A stretch of 63,607 bases of DNA, taken from an uncultured Candidatus Saccharibacteria bacterium. Lineage in GTDB: Bacteria; Patescibacteriota; Minisyncoccia; Phycocordibacterales; SBAW01. Below are positions 10,152 through 19,397 of the stretch, in pieces. The notes beneath the pieces were generated by a model, which was not told the DNA's origin, searched no databases, and was given only the letters and a program-made list of their open reading frames with translations. Both the position numbers and the translations under genes were made by a program. The first letter of the stretch is position 1; the number at the start of each line of letters is the position of its first letter. Location: positions 1-63,607 of the forward strand of contig CAYQPO010000003.1 in assembly GCA_964420015.1 (NCBI GenBank). The letters are read 5' to 3'.

Positions 10152-10256
10152 GGGTTTAAAATCTTATATTGTAATCAGTCCGCTATTCCATTTTTTCAGC
10201 CTTTCATGAGGTGTGTACAAAATTAAATGTATAATGTCGACCTCCGCTCGAGCTAT

Positions 10257-12017
10257 TTAACCAAACGTGAACGTGTATGCGTCGAGCACTCCTTGGTCGA
10301 TATGGATTTCGATCGTGTGTTCTCCACTCTGCGCTCCGTGCACTAGTGTGTAGAGTCGGTGCTCTTTGATTTGCGCGTACCCGCCCGGGGCATCCTCGCC
10401 AGCATTTGCGTCAACCCTCTTCCCGTCGACAAAAATACTCAAAGTTGCCCCACTCTCCGAGCTTGCAACCAAGTACACGTCCCTGGCGATATATCTGAAT
10501 ACGATCGATGAGCCGGCGGAGGCACTCGCGTACTCTGCGCCGAAAGTCCAAGTCCCACCAAGATATAATTTATTGAGACTCACGGTGGCAGGAATCTTCA
10601 GTGTCTGCGTCCCAAAAGCCGTGCCATTGTCGAGAAATTCGTTGCGCGCCGAGCCAAAATACACCTCGGGGCTACCGATGTTGTCTGTGTGCGCTACGCC
10701 GCTTGGGGTAACCGTGCCCGACGATACTGCGGCGTTTGTCCCCAAGATTGTTGCCCGTTCGGCAAGCGCTTGCTGTATTGCTCGCTCGGTTTCGTCGTAG
10801 TTGCCTTCGCCCGCGTGGTCGTAGACGATAAAGCCGTCGATATCGACCAAATATTTGCGCGGCCAAAATTGGTTGCCAAAGGCATTCCATGTCCCGTAGT
10901 TATTGTCGAGCACGACCGGGTACTTGATGCCGAAGGTGTTGTCGACCGCATTTTGCACATTGGCAAGCACATGCTCAAAGGCAAACTCGGGCGTGTGAAT
11001 GCTGATGATTTCGAGCCCCTGATCGTGATATTTGTCGTACCAAGCCTTGAGATAGGGGATCGTGCGCTGGCAGTTGATGCAGGAATATGTCCAAAAATCG
11101 ATCAAGACAACTTTCTTACCCCTGAATTCACCAATCGTGATTGGTTTACCGTCGGTGTTTATGTAGCCGCCGCTTGGGTCAGTGATTTCCGGAGCTTGCT
11201 GATATTTCGCGCGCTTTGTCGCGATGCGTTCGGCCTCGGATTGCGTAGAGGTTGCGGCAACTTGGGTGTCCGCAACTCGACCGCCAGGCGCAGGAGTTTC
11301 GTTTGAAAGGAGCGAGCGCTCGATAGTGGTGACGTCGTAGAGATGATTTGCGACCGTAAGCTCGAGTGCAGGCTCATACCCCAAGAGGATGACGAGGCCG
11401 AGTATGACAAACACAGCCCCGATGACTCGCTTAAAGATGCCATTGGGATCCGCCGCCATGCCAAAACGCTCGGCGAGTTTTTGTCCGGCGAAAGAAACTA
11501 TGAGCAATGTCCCGCAAAGCCCCACGACGTAGGCGAGCAGGTCAACAATGCCGCCCCCGAGGCTCTTGGGGAGCACATCGGCGAGGATAAGAAAGTAGGT
11601 GGGTGAGCAGGAAGAAAATACGGGGCCCAAACTTGCGCCGATGATAATATCGCCATACAGACTTTGCTTTTGAAAACCGGTCGCGAGGCTTTGGTTGGAG
11701 GCACGGTTGATCGAATTTACAATCGGCAACCTGTCCCAGAGCTTTGGAAAGAGCATTGCAACACCAAGGAGCATGATAATTCCCCCCGACAAAGCTTGCC
11801 AAACTGTCTCCGGCACACCCAAAAATATCGTGCTCACTTTTAGTACGAAGGTGAATATAAACACCGAGACTCCGAGGGAGACGGCAACAAGCGCGGCGCG
11901 CGCCTTGCTCGTTCCGCCGCTCATCGTACCGCCAACGATTACTGGCAGGAGCGCCAGTGTGCAGGGCGCAAAAACAGTGAGCACGCCCGCAACAAAAGCA
12001 ATGAAAAGCAAAATCAT
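10257..12017 (-). CDS. dipZ: DipZ-like protein (CcdA membrane domain + thioredoxin domain + C-terminal beta domain)
   Basis: APCTLALLP and SSCSP in TM region; DFWTYSCINC CxxC; HTPEF; WPRKYLVD; AYTFTFG terminus. Confidence 0.9.
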   Translation of the reverse strand: MILLFIAFVAGVLTVFAPCTLALLPVIVGGTMSGGTSKARAALVAVSLGVSVFIFTFVLKVSTIFLGVPETVWQALSGGIIMLLGVAMLFPKLWDRLPIVNSINRASNQSLATGFQKQSLYGDIIIGASLGPVFSSCSPTYFLILADVLPKSLGGGIVDLLAYVVGLCGTLLIVSFAGQKLAERFGMAADPNGIFKRVIGAVFVILGLVILLGYEPALELTVANHLYDVTTIERSLLSNETPAPGGRVADTQVAATSTQSEAERIATKRAKYQQAPEITDPSGGYINTDGKPITIGEFRGKKVVLIDFWTYSCINCQRTIPYLKAWYDKYHDQGLEIISIHTPEFAFEHVLANVQNAVDNTFGIKYPVVLDNNYGTWNAFGNQFWPRKYLVDIDGFIVYDHAGEGNYDETERAIQQALAERATILGTNAAVSSGTVTPSGVAHTDNIGSPEVYFGSARNEFLDNGTAFGTQTLKIPATVSLNKLYLGGTWTFGAEYASASAGSSIVFRYIARDVYLVASSESGATLSIFVDGKRVDANAGEDAPGGYAQIKEHRLYTLVHGAQSGEHTIEIHIDQGVLDAYTFTFG

Positions 12018-12091
12018 GTAACCCCCAGTATAGGAGCACAGCACTCAATGTCAAGTTAACTTTACATCTAGTGTGGATAACCGACTGGTTT

Positions 12092-12442
12092 TTAGTTGTT
12101 ATGATCGGCGTACACTCCGGCGATCATCTTGCCGACGATCATGCCAACAAGCGCAAACACGAGCCAGACGTCGAGCATGTCGTAGAACTCCTGGATCACA
12201 ACAGCAACCGTAAGTACCGAGGCGCCGACGAGAAAACCGATCCTTCCAACCTGCATACGATGGAGTTGCTCCCGCTCGTCACGTGCTCGCTCGCGCAGCA
12301 CAAATATAGAAAATCCCGAAAAGGCTGCGAGGACGGCCACAAGCGCTACCATGTGCAGCATAGTTGGCATCCAGAGATGAAATGGATTTACAATAAGGAC
12401 GAGTAGAAACACAAAAACTAGTGCGAGTACGCTTTCTTTCAT
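12092..12442 (-). CDS. Four-TM membrane protein (DUF2178-like DERE motif)
   Basis: Hydrophobic helices around RDEREQLHR; follows an XRE regulator gene, a common pairing. Confidence 0.7.
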   Translation of the reverse strand: MKESVLALVFVFLLVLIVNPFHLWMPTMLHMVALVAVLAAFSGFSIFVLRERARDEREQLHRMQVGRIGFLVGASVLTVAVVIQEFYDMLDVWLVFALVGMIVGKMIAGVYADHNN

Positions 12443-12444
12443 AG

Positions 12445-12657
12445 TTATTTTGGTCTCTTTATAATAAATATTTTTTCGACCGGCGTTTTGAAATACTGTG
12501 CAATCTTGAGGGCGAGTAAAACAGACGGGGTGTAGTTTCCTTTCTCAATGGCGATTACCGTTTGGCGACTCACCGAAAGAGCCGTCGCGAGAACTTCTTG
12601 CGTGATACCAGATTCGGCACGTAAGTCGGACACACGGCTGATGATAACCTCTTGCAT
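12445..12657 (-). CDS. XRE-family helix-turn-helix regulator
   Basis: ITQEVLATALSVSRQTVIAIEKGNYTPSVLLALKIA. Confidence 0.92.
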   Translation of the reverse strand: MQEVIISRVSDLRAESGITQEVLATALSVSRQTVIAIEKGNYTPSVLLALKIAQYFKTPVEKIFIIKRPK

Positions 12658-12742
12658 AGCGGTGATAGTGGTGATTGTATGTGCTCAGAATACGGACGTC
12701 AAGGATACTTTACATACACGCTCTCAATAAAAACATCACAAG

Positions 12743-12829
12743 CGGAGGAGGTGAGATTCGAACTCACGGTGAGGTTTCCCCCACGCCGCATTTCGAGTGC
12801 GGTGCCTTCGACCACTCAGCCACTCCTCC
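12743..12829 (-). tRNA. tRNA-Ser(CGA)
   Basis: GGAGGAG/CTCCTCC acceptor, CCGCA-CTCGAAA-TGCGG anticodon arm, long variable arm. Confidence 0.96.
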
Positions 12830-12887
12830 TTAGTCGAACTGAAGTAAAATACCATTTTTTGTAGATTTGAGCTATATTTCTGTCTAA

Positions 12888-12959
12888 GGCCCTATCGTCT
12901 AACGGTTAGGACACCAGCTTTTCAAGCTGAGAATCCGGGTTCGATTCCCGGTAGGGTCA
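12888..12959 (+). tRNA. tRNA-Glu(TTC), probable integration target
   Basis: GGCCCTA/TAGGGTC acceptor, loop TTTTCAA, GGTTCGATTCC T-arm. Overlapped antisense by the recombinase 3' end. Confidence 0.95.
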
Positions 12960-14614
12960 CAAGAAGCAACAAAGCGGCTTTGCAACGCAGCAAAGCCCTT
13001 TTTGCACTTATAATCCAACACATTTTCGTTGAAGGTCAGTTCGGAAAAAATCACGCGAAGGATTTTATCTTTCTCGTGCGGCTCGGCCTCCGAGTAAATA
13101 ACCGCAGCGTTTTTTAGGAGTTCGGAAAGCAACACGACATCTTTTATGGTCTCGCGCATTGCGACATCGGATGTGACCTCTGCTTCGCAAAGCAGCGCCA
13201 ACTCCGCGCTCAAGCGTGCTTCTTCTGCAACAAAGGTTTCGGGCGTATACACGCCAGCTTTGAGCAAGGGAATACGATTGCCATTGAGATAGGCCAGCTC
13301 CTCGCGGATATTTTTCTTTTTGCGCTCGGCAGCATCAAGTTGGCTCATGCGTTTTGCCTCCAAGAGTGCAATGTCGGTGTTGGCTCGTGTATCAATCTCT
13401 ACAAGCTCCTGCTCGGTAAAGGAGAGTTTTGCAATTAGCTCGCCAGCTTTGTCAGTAAGAAAATCAAAGTTGAAGCTCTTGAGCGGGTTGGCACACTCTC
13501 GCGAGCAGCGAGCACCGTAGTACATGGTGCCTTTCTTCGGATACGGCGTGTACACGCGACCGCAGATGCCGCAAAAAGCAAAGCCGCGCAGCGGATGCTC
13601 TAACACTTCAAGATAGTGAACGCTTTTATTTCGCTTCGCCAAGCGCTCCTGCACGCGATTGAAAAGGTCTTCTGGGATGATTGCCTCGTGGCTCGTGCTT
13701 GGTATCCACTCACCATTTTCGTCCATCGTCTTGCCTGTGTAGTAGCGATTGGTCAGGATTTTGTGGATGGTGTTGTAGGTCGGCAAGCGACTTATTTGCT
13801 CAATCTCAACACGAACATCGTCCTCTTCTTCCATGAGCATCTCTTCTTTGGTGCGGCGGCGGCGCATGGGCGGCATAGTAAAGCCCTGTTCAATCGCCCA
13901 GCGTGCGAGGTCGTGCAAACTCCACTCGCCAGTATCGGCAAGCTTCGCCAACTCCAAGATGATAGGAGCGCGTACAGGGTCTTTGGGCTTCCAATCCATG
14001 TTGCCCTCGTTGAGATAGCCAACTGGCGCTTTATTGGTGGTCAGTCCACGAGAGCGTGCGCTGTGAATGGTGAGTGTCACTTTCTCTCGCGTGACGCGCG
14101 AGTGATGCTCCGAAAACATCCCGTCAATATCCATGTGCAACTCACCCGAGCTGGTCTTATCATATTGTGCGAAAGCGAAGCGGATATCCGCACCCGACTT
14201 CATCAATTTACGCAAAATCGTGTCATCGCCTTTATTGCGACTGGCTCTGTCCCAGCACAAAAAGATTGCGCCTTTGAAATAGCCCTTGCTCAAAAACTCC
14301 GCGAGGCGATAAAACTTTGGGCGCTCTACGCGGTACTGCACCATGCCTTCCTCAAAGGTAAGAGCAGTATCTTCTTTGAAGGCGCTGTGACGCTCGGAGA
14401 TAACGCCATCTTTGCAAAAGCCATCCAACGAGAGCACTGCAAGAGGTAGCTTCTCGCGGAAAGCAAAGCGTGTGTTCTCGGTACGCTGGTACTTCAGCGA
14501 GTTTTTTTGAATGTTGGGGTCGTCGGTGCTACGGCGGCCGTAGGTAAGATAGTGGTCGCGGTATTTGCCCGCCTGGATATCTTTGAGGAGTTGTTCGGTC
14601 GTTTTCATACTCAT
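12899..14614 (-). CDS. Large serine recombinase (resolvase + recombinase + zinc-ribbon domains)
   Basis: YGRRST catalytic Ser motif, WDRASRN, APVGY, CGICG...CSREC zinc ribbon, coiled coil. The last ~17 codons are antisense tRNA-Glu. Confidence 0.93.
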   Translation of the reverse strand: MSMKTTEQLLKDIQAGKYRDHYLTYGRRSTDDPNIQKNSLKYQRTENTRFAFREKLPLAVLSLDGFCKDGVISERHSAFKEDTALTFEEGMVQYRVERPKFYRLAEFLSKGYFKGAIFLCWDRASRNKGDDTILRKLMKSGADIRFAFAQYDKTSSGELHMDIDGMFSEHHSRVTREKVTLTIHSARSRGLTTNKAPVGYLNEGNMDWKPKDPVRAPIILELAKLADTGEWSLHDLARWAIEQGFTMPPMRRRRTKEEMLMEEEDDVRVEIEQISRLPTYNTIHKILTNRYYTGKTMDENGEWIPSTSHEAIIPEDLFNRVQERLAKRNKSVHYLEVLEHPLRGFAFCGICGRVYTPYPKKGTMYYGARCSRECANPLKSFNFDFLTDKAGELIAKLSFTEQELVEIDTRANTDIALLEAKRMSQLDAAERKKKNIREELAYLNGNRIPLLKAGVYTPETFVAEEARLSAELALLCEAEVTSDVAMRETIKDVVLLSELLKNAAVIYSEAEPHEKDKILRVIFSELTFNENVLDYKCKKGFAALQSRFVASCDPTGNRTRILSLKSWCPNR

Positions 14615-14817
14615 TCGATAACGCCCTCGCTTTTATAGATTTTACCATCTTTTATCGTGTAGCCCTTGTCACGGAGACGGCGGTAAATTGGCTCAAGCAC
14701 TGCTCCCAGCTCCCGAAACGCAAGTATGGTTTCATCGCTGAAAAATTGCTCCGTTGGTGAGAGTGGTACAACTTCAGTGAGCGGCTCGGCACGCTTGTAT
14801 TTGCGCGGCTTTCTCAT
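14611..14817 (-). CDS. Small hypothetical protein directly upstream of the recombinase (candidate directionality factor)
   Basis: 68 aa from MRKPRK, overlapping both neighbours by 4 nt (translational coupling). Function is inferred from position only. Confidence 0.6.
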   Translation of the reverse strand: MRKPRKYKRAEPLTEVVPLSPTEQFFSDETILAFRELGAVLEPIYRRLRDKGYTIKDGKIYKSEGVIE

Positions 14818-15458
14818 AAAGGTTTTTTTGCGAGCGCAACGCGTCTCCTGGTGAACAGGTCGGCAATACTGATGATTTCCTCGACGTAATACTTCACGTA
14901 TTCCTCGCGCAATGGAAGCTCTGCGATAACAAGAGTTTCGGAAAGCTTGAACTGGGTGACCCATTCGTTGTTGAGCTGCCGCAGTTGCTTGGCAAGGTCG
15001 TACCATTCCCGAATGTGCTTGCAGGTTGTTTCGTCGAAAAGAGGCAGGCCGTCGGCACGCTTCTCGATTTCAGCGATGGCTTGCTGGTACTCGGTGAACT
15101 CACGGATGTTGTGTGCGGCTTGTTGTGCTAACTCCGCTTTGTTGAGCATTACGAACGAGTGTTCGGTGATGTCGTCGGGCAGCACACGCATTGTTGCGAT
15201 ATTTTGAAACGTGAGTAGGAGCACCTGCCAAATGCGCTCGACCTCTTTGCGCCAAAGGACATAAGCCCAACGGTATTCCTCAATGAGATGCCAGCACGCC
15301 CTGTCTACGGCGTCGTTCGGCGTGTAGAGCAGCACGCGCTCATCGGGCACCGAGAAAATATCTTTGCCGTTGTTCTGGGCGTGCCAATGCGCGATGAGGA
15401 GCTTGGCACGCTCTTTGCCCGTGAGTCCCTGCGCTAGTTTGTGAGCGTCGAGTGTCAT
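14814..15458 (-). CDS. Hypothetical helical protein
   Basis: 214 aa ORF coupled to neighbours by 4-nt overlaps. Confidence 0.7.
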   Translation of the reverse strand: MTLDAHKLAQGLTGKERAKLLIAHWHAQNNGKDIFSVPDERVLLYTPNDAVDRACWHLIEEYRWAYVLWRKEVERIWQVLLLTFQNIATMRVLPDDITEHSFVMLNKAELAQQAAHNIREFTEYQQAIAEIEKRADGLPLFDETTCKHIREWYDLAKQLRQLNNEWVTQFKLSETLVIAELPLREEYVKYYVEEIISIADLFTRRRVALAKKPL

Positions 15459-15823
15459 ATTTTACGTTGGTCGAGGATGCTCTGCACGAGCTTCAGTTGG
15501 TCGTCGAGACGGCCGACCTCGATGGCTTTGAGGAGTACGCCACACAGGTAGCCGATAGCATTTGCACGTTGGTGCGAGAGCGGCTCCACGCGGATGCGAT
15601 TGATAGTGTCAGCAAGGAGGCCGACGATATCTTCGGTCGTTTTCAGTTCAACGGGTTCCAACGGTTCCGCGTCCTTGCGGGGCTTCGGTGCCAATCCGCC
15701 CTTGAGCACAGCCAGCTCTTTTTCGGCTTGCACGTCGGGGTTATGCGAAAAGCAGTACGGCGACTGGCTCATCGCGTTCGCCCTGCACTGGGTTCCGTCT
15801 GGTTTGATAAATTGACACGTCAT
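15455..15823 (-). CDS. C-x9-C-x10-C-x2-H zinc-finger protein (DUF5763/HGGxSTG-like) with helical C-terminus
   Basis: MTCQFIKPDGTQCRANAMSQSPYCFSH. Confidence 0.7.
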   Translation of the reverse strand: MTCQFIKPDGTQCRANAMSQSPYCFSHNPDVQAEKELAVLKGGLAPKPRKDAEPLEPVELKTTEDIVGLLADTINRIRVEPLSHQRANAIGYLCGVLLKAIEVGRLDDQLKLVQSILDQRKI

Positions 15824-15851
15824 AAGCTTTTGCTTGTAGGGTGGGGGCCGC

Positions 15852-17195
15852 TCAAAACGGAATGTCCGCGGGGTCTATTTCTGGCGGGTTGTAGGCAGTT
15901 GTGGAGACGTGCACATCACTATCGCCACCTTTGATGTCCTCATCAGTGATGCCCAGGCGGTCGCGCCAGTACCCAAGCCGTTCCTCGTTACGCGAGAAAG
16001 AGAGCACATAGCCCTTACTGATGCGTTCGGGCTTGAGCTGGAGCTTGGAGCGCATCACCCAACCAACTTTCCTGGCGGTGATAGTCTCGCCGATTTCTGC
16101 ATCGTTGTTGACCTCGACAGTAATGTTTTTGACCGCAAGACCATCGAGCTGCGTATTCTCGTGGAGGCGGAAGATGGCGAGGATGACCTGCGCTTCCCAT
16201 GACTGGGCGCGGTCAGCAATGAGTTCTTGGTTGTAACGTTTGGCGTGCTCAATAAGAGTAGTTTGGATAGTTTCACTCGGAAGGACTGCAAGGAGAGGAA
16301 TAATAATTTGCTGCATCCGTGGGTGCAATCCCTCGATGCGTTCGTCGTTGAACACGAGAGGCTTGCTGTAATTGCGGAAGCGAAAGGTTAGGAGTTTGTT
16401 GCGAAGCAACAAGGCCTCGGTGCGGAAACTATCATCAAGGCGAATCGGGATGTCTGGGCGCAGTTTGGTGCGACCCATATCTTCAATAAGGAAGCGCGAC
16501 TCAAGGGCTGCGTCGTCGTAATTCTGGCGGGTGGCAATAATTTTTGGAGAGAAAACATCGTAGCTCTTGACCTCAAAGACGCCCTTGCCTTCACTGCGGA
16601 GTACCGCCGTGCCTTTCTGATATCCCGAGTTCAATATCTTCACGAGGTCGTTGCTGAAATCGCTAAAGCGGAAGTCTGCCTCGTCGAGCACCAACGTCCC
16701 GCGCACTTGGTCGAGGATACGAAAAATCGGTGAGGTGGTAGTCGCGCCTGCCGTAAAGATAGGACGATAGCAAATGCTCCCGACGACAGAGAGGAAACGG
16801 CTCTTGCCACTTCCGTAGTCGCCACGCACGCGCAGATACGGCAACTCATTGAGACGGTCGTAGAGCCAAGTCAGAAGGACGTAATGGGCGGCAATTGTTT
16901 CGAACTCGGCTGACACATCGCAACGCTTGTGGATGAATGCTTGTACCTCGGCGAGCAACTCCGCCTCCGTGCCGTATCCAGTAGCCTCGGAAGGCAACAA
17001 TACGACGTTCTTGGCTACCAGGTCACTCTTGGCATCGAGCGGATGTATCTCGACCCCCTCAAGCTCGATTGAGTCTTGGTAATAGGTTTCGCCCGCGTCG
17101 TACAAAGCGAACCGTGTGCGCCGTGTGTCTGGGTTATAGACAGTCTCGGCGAGTGGGAGTTGAAGGGAGGCTTTGCGATTGATTTTCATACGCAT
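15852..17195 (-). CDS. P-loop ATPase, DUF3631-like/primase-helicase-associated protein of mobile elements
   Basis: Conserved LTWLY, Walker A GDYGSGKS, Walker B LVLDEAD, LNSGY, ALESRF. Confidence 0.75.
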   Translation of the reverse strand: MRMKINRKASLQLPLAETVYNPDTRRTRFALYDAGETYYQDSIELEGVEIHPLDAKSDLVAKNVVLLPSEATGYGTEAELLAEVQAFIHKRCDVSAEFETIAAHYVLLTWLYDRLNELPYLRVRGDYGSGKSRFLSVVGSICYRPIFTAGATTTSPIFRILDQVRGTLVLDEADFRFSDFSNDLVKILNSGYQKGTAVLRSEGKGVFEVKSYDVFSPKIIATRQNYDDAALESRFLIEDMGRTKLRPDIPIRLDDSFRTEALLLRNKLLTFRFRNYSKPLVFNDERIEGLHPRMQQIIIPLLAVLPSETIQTTLIEHAKRYNQELIADRAQSWEAQVILAIFRLHENTQLDGLAVKNITVEVNNDAEIGETITARKVGWVMRSKLQLKPERISKGYVLSFSRNEERLGYWRDRLGITDEDIKGGDSDVHVSTTAYNPPEIDPADIPF

Positions 17196-17210
17196 TTGGT
17201 TGGGTTACGG

Positions 17211-17498
17211 CTAATAAATAGTTCGCGCACGATACAGACGCGATTTCAGCGCCCGTCGCGCGGCGGCGAGCTTCAGTGCGGAGACAGTGAGGGTGCCCGC
17301 AAAATAGGCGCTGGATGTCTCCTCAATGCCTTCGCGTTTTTTGAAAATAAAGACGGAGCGCGTGCGGGTTGAATCTATGCTCTCTACTACGAATCCAGCT
17401 GCACACAGTGCTGTGCACTCGTCAAAATCGCTTGAATAAAAATAGTGCCCGTTATCATCGAGCGGGATATAAGTGATGTCGTCGTGCTTCATACTCAT
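17211..17498 (-). CDS. DUF5659-like small DNA-binding protein
   Basis: FYSSD...ALCAAGF...ID...SVFIF pattern; start placed at MSMKHDD. Confidence 0.65.
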   Translation of the reverse strand: MSMKHDDITYIPLDDNGHYFYSSDFDECTALCAAGFVVESIDSTRTRSVFIFKKREGIEETSSAYFAGTLTVSALKLAAARRALKSRLYRARTIY

Positions 17499-17511
17499 TT
17501 TGTCGTTAGCG

Positions 17512-17541
17512 AATAAAAAATGCGGCTTCGACGACCGCATT
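17512..17541 (-). terminator. Intrinsic terminator/attenuator within the element
   Basis: Minus strand AATGCGG-TCGTCGAAG-CCGCATT-TTTTATT. Confidence 0.65.
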
Positions 17542-17570
17542 GAACACCCGCTTTTTATTGAGCTGTGATG

Positions 17571-18506
17571 CTAACGGAAACCCTTAGTGTCTGGACGAAA
17601 CTCCTTCCCAAAAGAGTCCGCAATCATATCCGCGACCCGCTCTACTGCCTTACGTGCAGCGTCGGAAGAAATGCCAAACTGCCTGCCGATTTCCTTGCTT
17701 GTTTTTTCATCAAAATGGACTTGGATTGCTTTTTTGTGCAGACGCTCCAAGCCACGCCATTGTTTTGGCGACATTTTGTCCCGTTTGCGAGCCATTATTG
17801 AGAGGTAGGTACTTTTCTCGTAGTCTTTCTTCAATGTTGGTTTTTTGCTTCGCTTGACGAACTCTTTGAAAATCTGGAGGTCGCGGTCGAATTGTTTTTT
17901 CACCCTCGTTTTTACAACTACTTCTGGCGGCAAATAATGCCGCTGCATATTGGTAAGCATACCCATCGCATCTCGTAATTCTTTCTTACTCAAAGGAGCG
18001 TAAGTCGTGAGAGCGAGCCACTTCGCTGTGCCCTTGCGAGCTTCAGGGTTCATCGTGATTGACCAGTTTCCAGACGGTGCACGCACGACGCCTGTCTCAA
18101 TATATACCTGAAGCCCCTGCAATGGATTATCGGAAATGAAGTGCTCGGGTAATTTATATTTTTCTCCGAGCCGCCTCTTGAGGTAGCCCATTTTATAAAG
18201 CGGTGCAGTACGATACAACTCGTCACGCCTCTCCATGCGCTTTTGAGGCTGTTGGATGGTGAACATTTCCTTCTCCGCCTTGAGAAACTTTGGTGCATCC
18301 ATAATGCGGTCAGTCTCGACGATGAGGTTGTGGTGCCACTTACGGCGGTCTTCGTGGTTAGAAAAGCCATCAGGCGGTATGCCTACTTCCTTACGCACAG
18401 CACGTACATCCTCTTGAAATGAAGGCAAGGCATCTAGCAGCCTGAAACGCACCTCATTTTTGTACTGAATGGGCGCTGCTTGTTTTCTAGCCTTTTTCAT
18501 ATTCAT
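17571..18506 (-). CDS. Hypothetical basic protein with C-terminal HTH
   Basis: 311 aa; TSKEIGRQFGISSDAARKAVER resembles an HTH. Confidence 0.7.
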   Translation of the reverse strand: MNMKKARKQAAPIQYKNEVRFRLLDALPSFQEDVRAVRKEVGIPPDGFSNHEDRRKWHHNLIVETDRIMDAPKFLKAEKEMFTIQQPQKRMERRDELYRTAPLYKMGYLKRRLGEKYKLPEHFISDNPLQGLQVYIETGVVRAPSGNWSITMNPEARKGTAKWLALTTYAPLSKKELRDAMGMLTNMQRHYLPPEVVVKTRVKKQFDRDLQIFKEFVKRSKKPTLKKDYEKSTYLSIMARKRDKMSPKQWRGLERLHKKAIQVHFDEKTSKEIGRQFGISSDAARKAVERVADMIADSFGKEFRPDTKGFR

Positions 18507-18510
18507 TGAA

Positions 18511-18580
18511 GTTCATAATGTGCACAAAGTGCACAGACTCACCCTTGCCAGTGCACGTAATGAACGTCGTGCACATTATA
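18511..18580 (-). promoter_or_regulatory. Promoter/operator array with four GTGCAC palindromes
   Basis: GTGCAC at 18520, 18529, 18551, 18569; inverted repeat ATAATGTGCAC (18515-18525)/GTGCACATTAT (18569-18579); minus-strand TATAAT at 18575-18580. Confidence 0.55.
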
Positions 18581-18609
18581 GGTCGTTTGGCTATTTCGCT
18601 CCTAGCGGC

Positions 18610-19110
18610 CTATTGAATCGAGTCAACGCGGCAGTTGATAAGAGCCTGGGTGCCACCTGCTTTTTCGCCTGTAACCGTTATCGTGTCGCCAGCCACCGTA
18701 TTGGCAAAGTTTTGTTCGCCATTGACGATGCAATACCAACCACTTCCGTCGTTGATAGCGTCTGCATCCCCGCCGAAAATAATGGTTTGTTGGTTGATAC
18801 CCATTACTTTGTTGAAGTTGATGACGCTCGTGCGGACAACACCTGATACAGTCTTTCTGACGAGGCCAGTGTCACCAGTATCTGGCGATGCGGTGTCGCT
18901 TGCAGAAGTTGTGTTGTCTTGGGACGGTTGCGTTTGAGTTGGAGCAGCGTTCTGTTGAACCTCTGGCGCTAGCTGATTCACCGACGCGTCTTGCTGTGCT
19001 TTGTTGAGAGAGGATAGGAGGATAGAACCTCCGACGAGGATAACGGCAGTCCAACCAAGCACTTTCAACCACTTTCGTTTCGGCTTTTGCGGCTCCGAGG
19101 AGCTATTCAT
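18610..19110 (-). CDS. Membrane-anchored OB-fold protein (tRNA_anti-like)
   Basis: N-terminal TM, Q/T/S linker, C-terminal GDTITVTG...LINC. Confidence 0.7.
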   Translation of the reverse strand: MNSSSEPQKPKRKWLKVLGWTAVILVGGSILLSSLNKAQQDASVNQLAPEVQQNAAPTQTQPSQDNTTSASDTASPDTGDTGLVRKTVSGVVRTSVINFNKVMGINQQTIIFGGDADAINDGSGWYCIVNGEQNFANTVAGDTITVTGEKAGGTQALINCRVDSIQ

Positions 19111-19171
19111 ATGTGCTAACTATAGTATGTAGACCCATAGTTAGCAAATACCTACGCTTGCTAGTGTAGGT

Positions 19172-19384
19172 ATGAATAAAAAAATCTTAGAGCAGTTCGG
19201 GAAGCGTGTTCGAGAGGAGAGGGACAGGTTGGGCATCTCCCAAGAGCGTCTTGGACAACTCGCCAAAGTACACCGAACTTACATTGGAATGATTGAGCGA
19301 GCAGAGAAAAACATTACGCTCACGAATATGGAGAAAATTGCTCGGGCACTCGGACGTAAAGTATCCGACTTAGTGGACTTTTAG
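19172..19384 (+). CDS. XRE-family HTH regulator (C-protein-like)
   Basis: FGKRVR..R...GISQERLG....VHRTYIGMIERAEKNITL. Confidence 0.92.
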   Translation: MNKKILEQFGKRVREERDRLGISQERLGQLAKVHRTYIGMIERAEKNITLTNMEKIARALGRKVSDLVDF

Positions 19385-19397
19385 GACTCTGGAGCTT

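Noticed and set aside
12072-12080. Perfect DnaA box (TTATCCACA on the minus strand), plus one-mismatch boxes at 31426-31434 and 42394-42402, as a possible oriC
   Set aside because: The boxes are isolated and kilobases apart, with no cluster or unwinding element, and none is next to dnaA.
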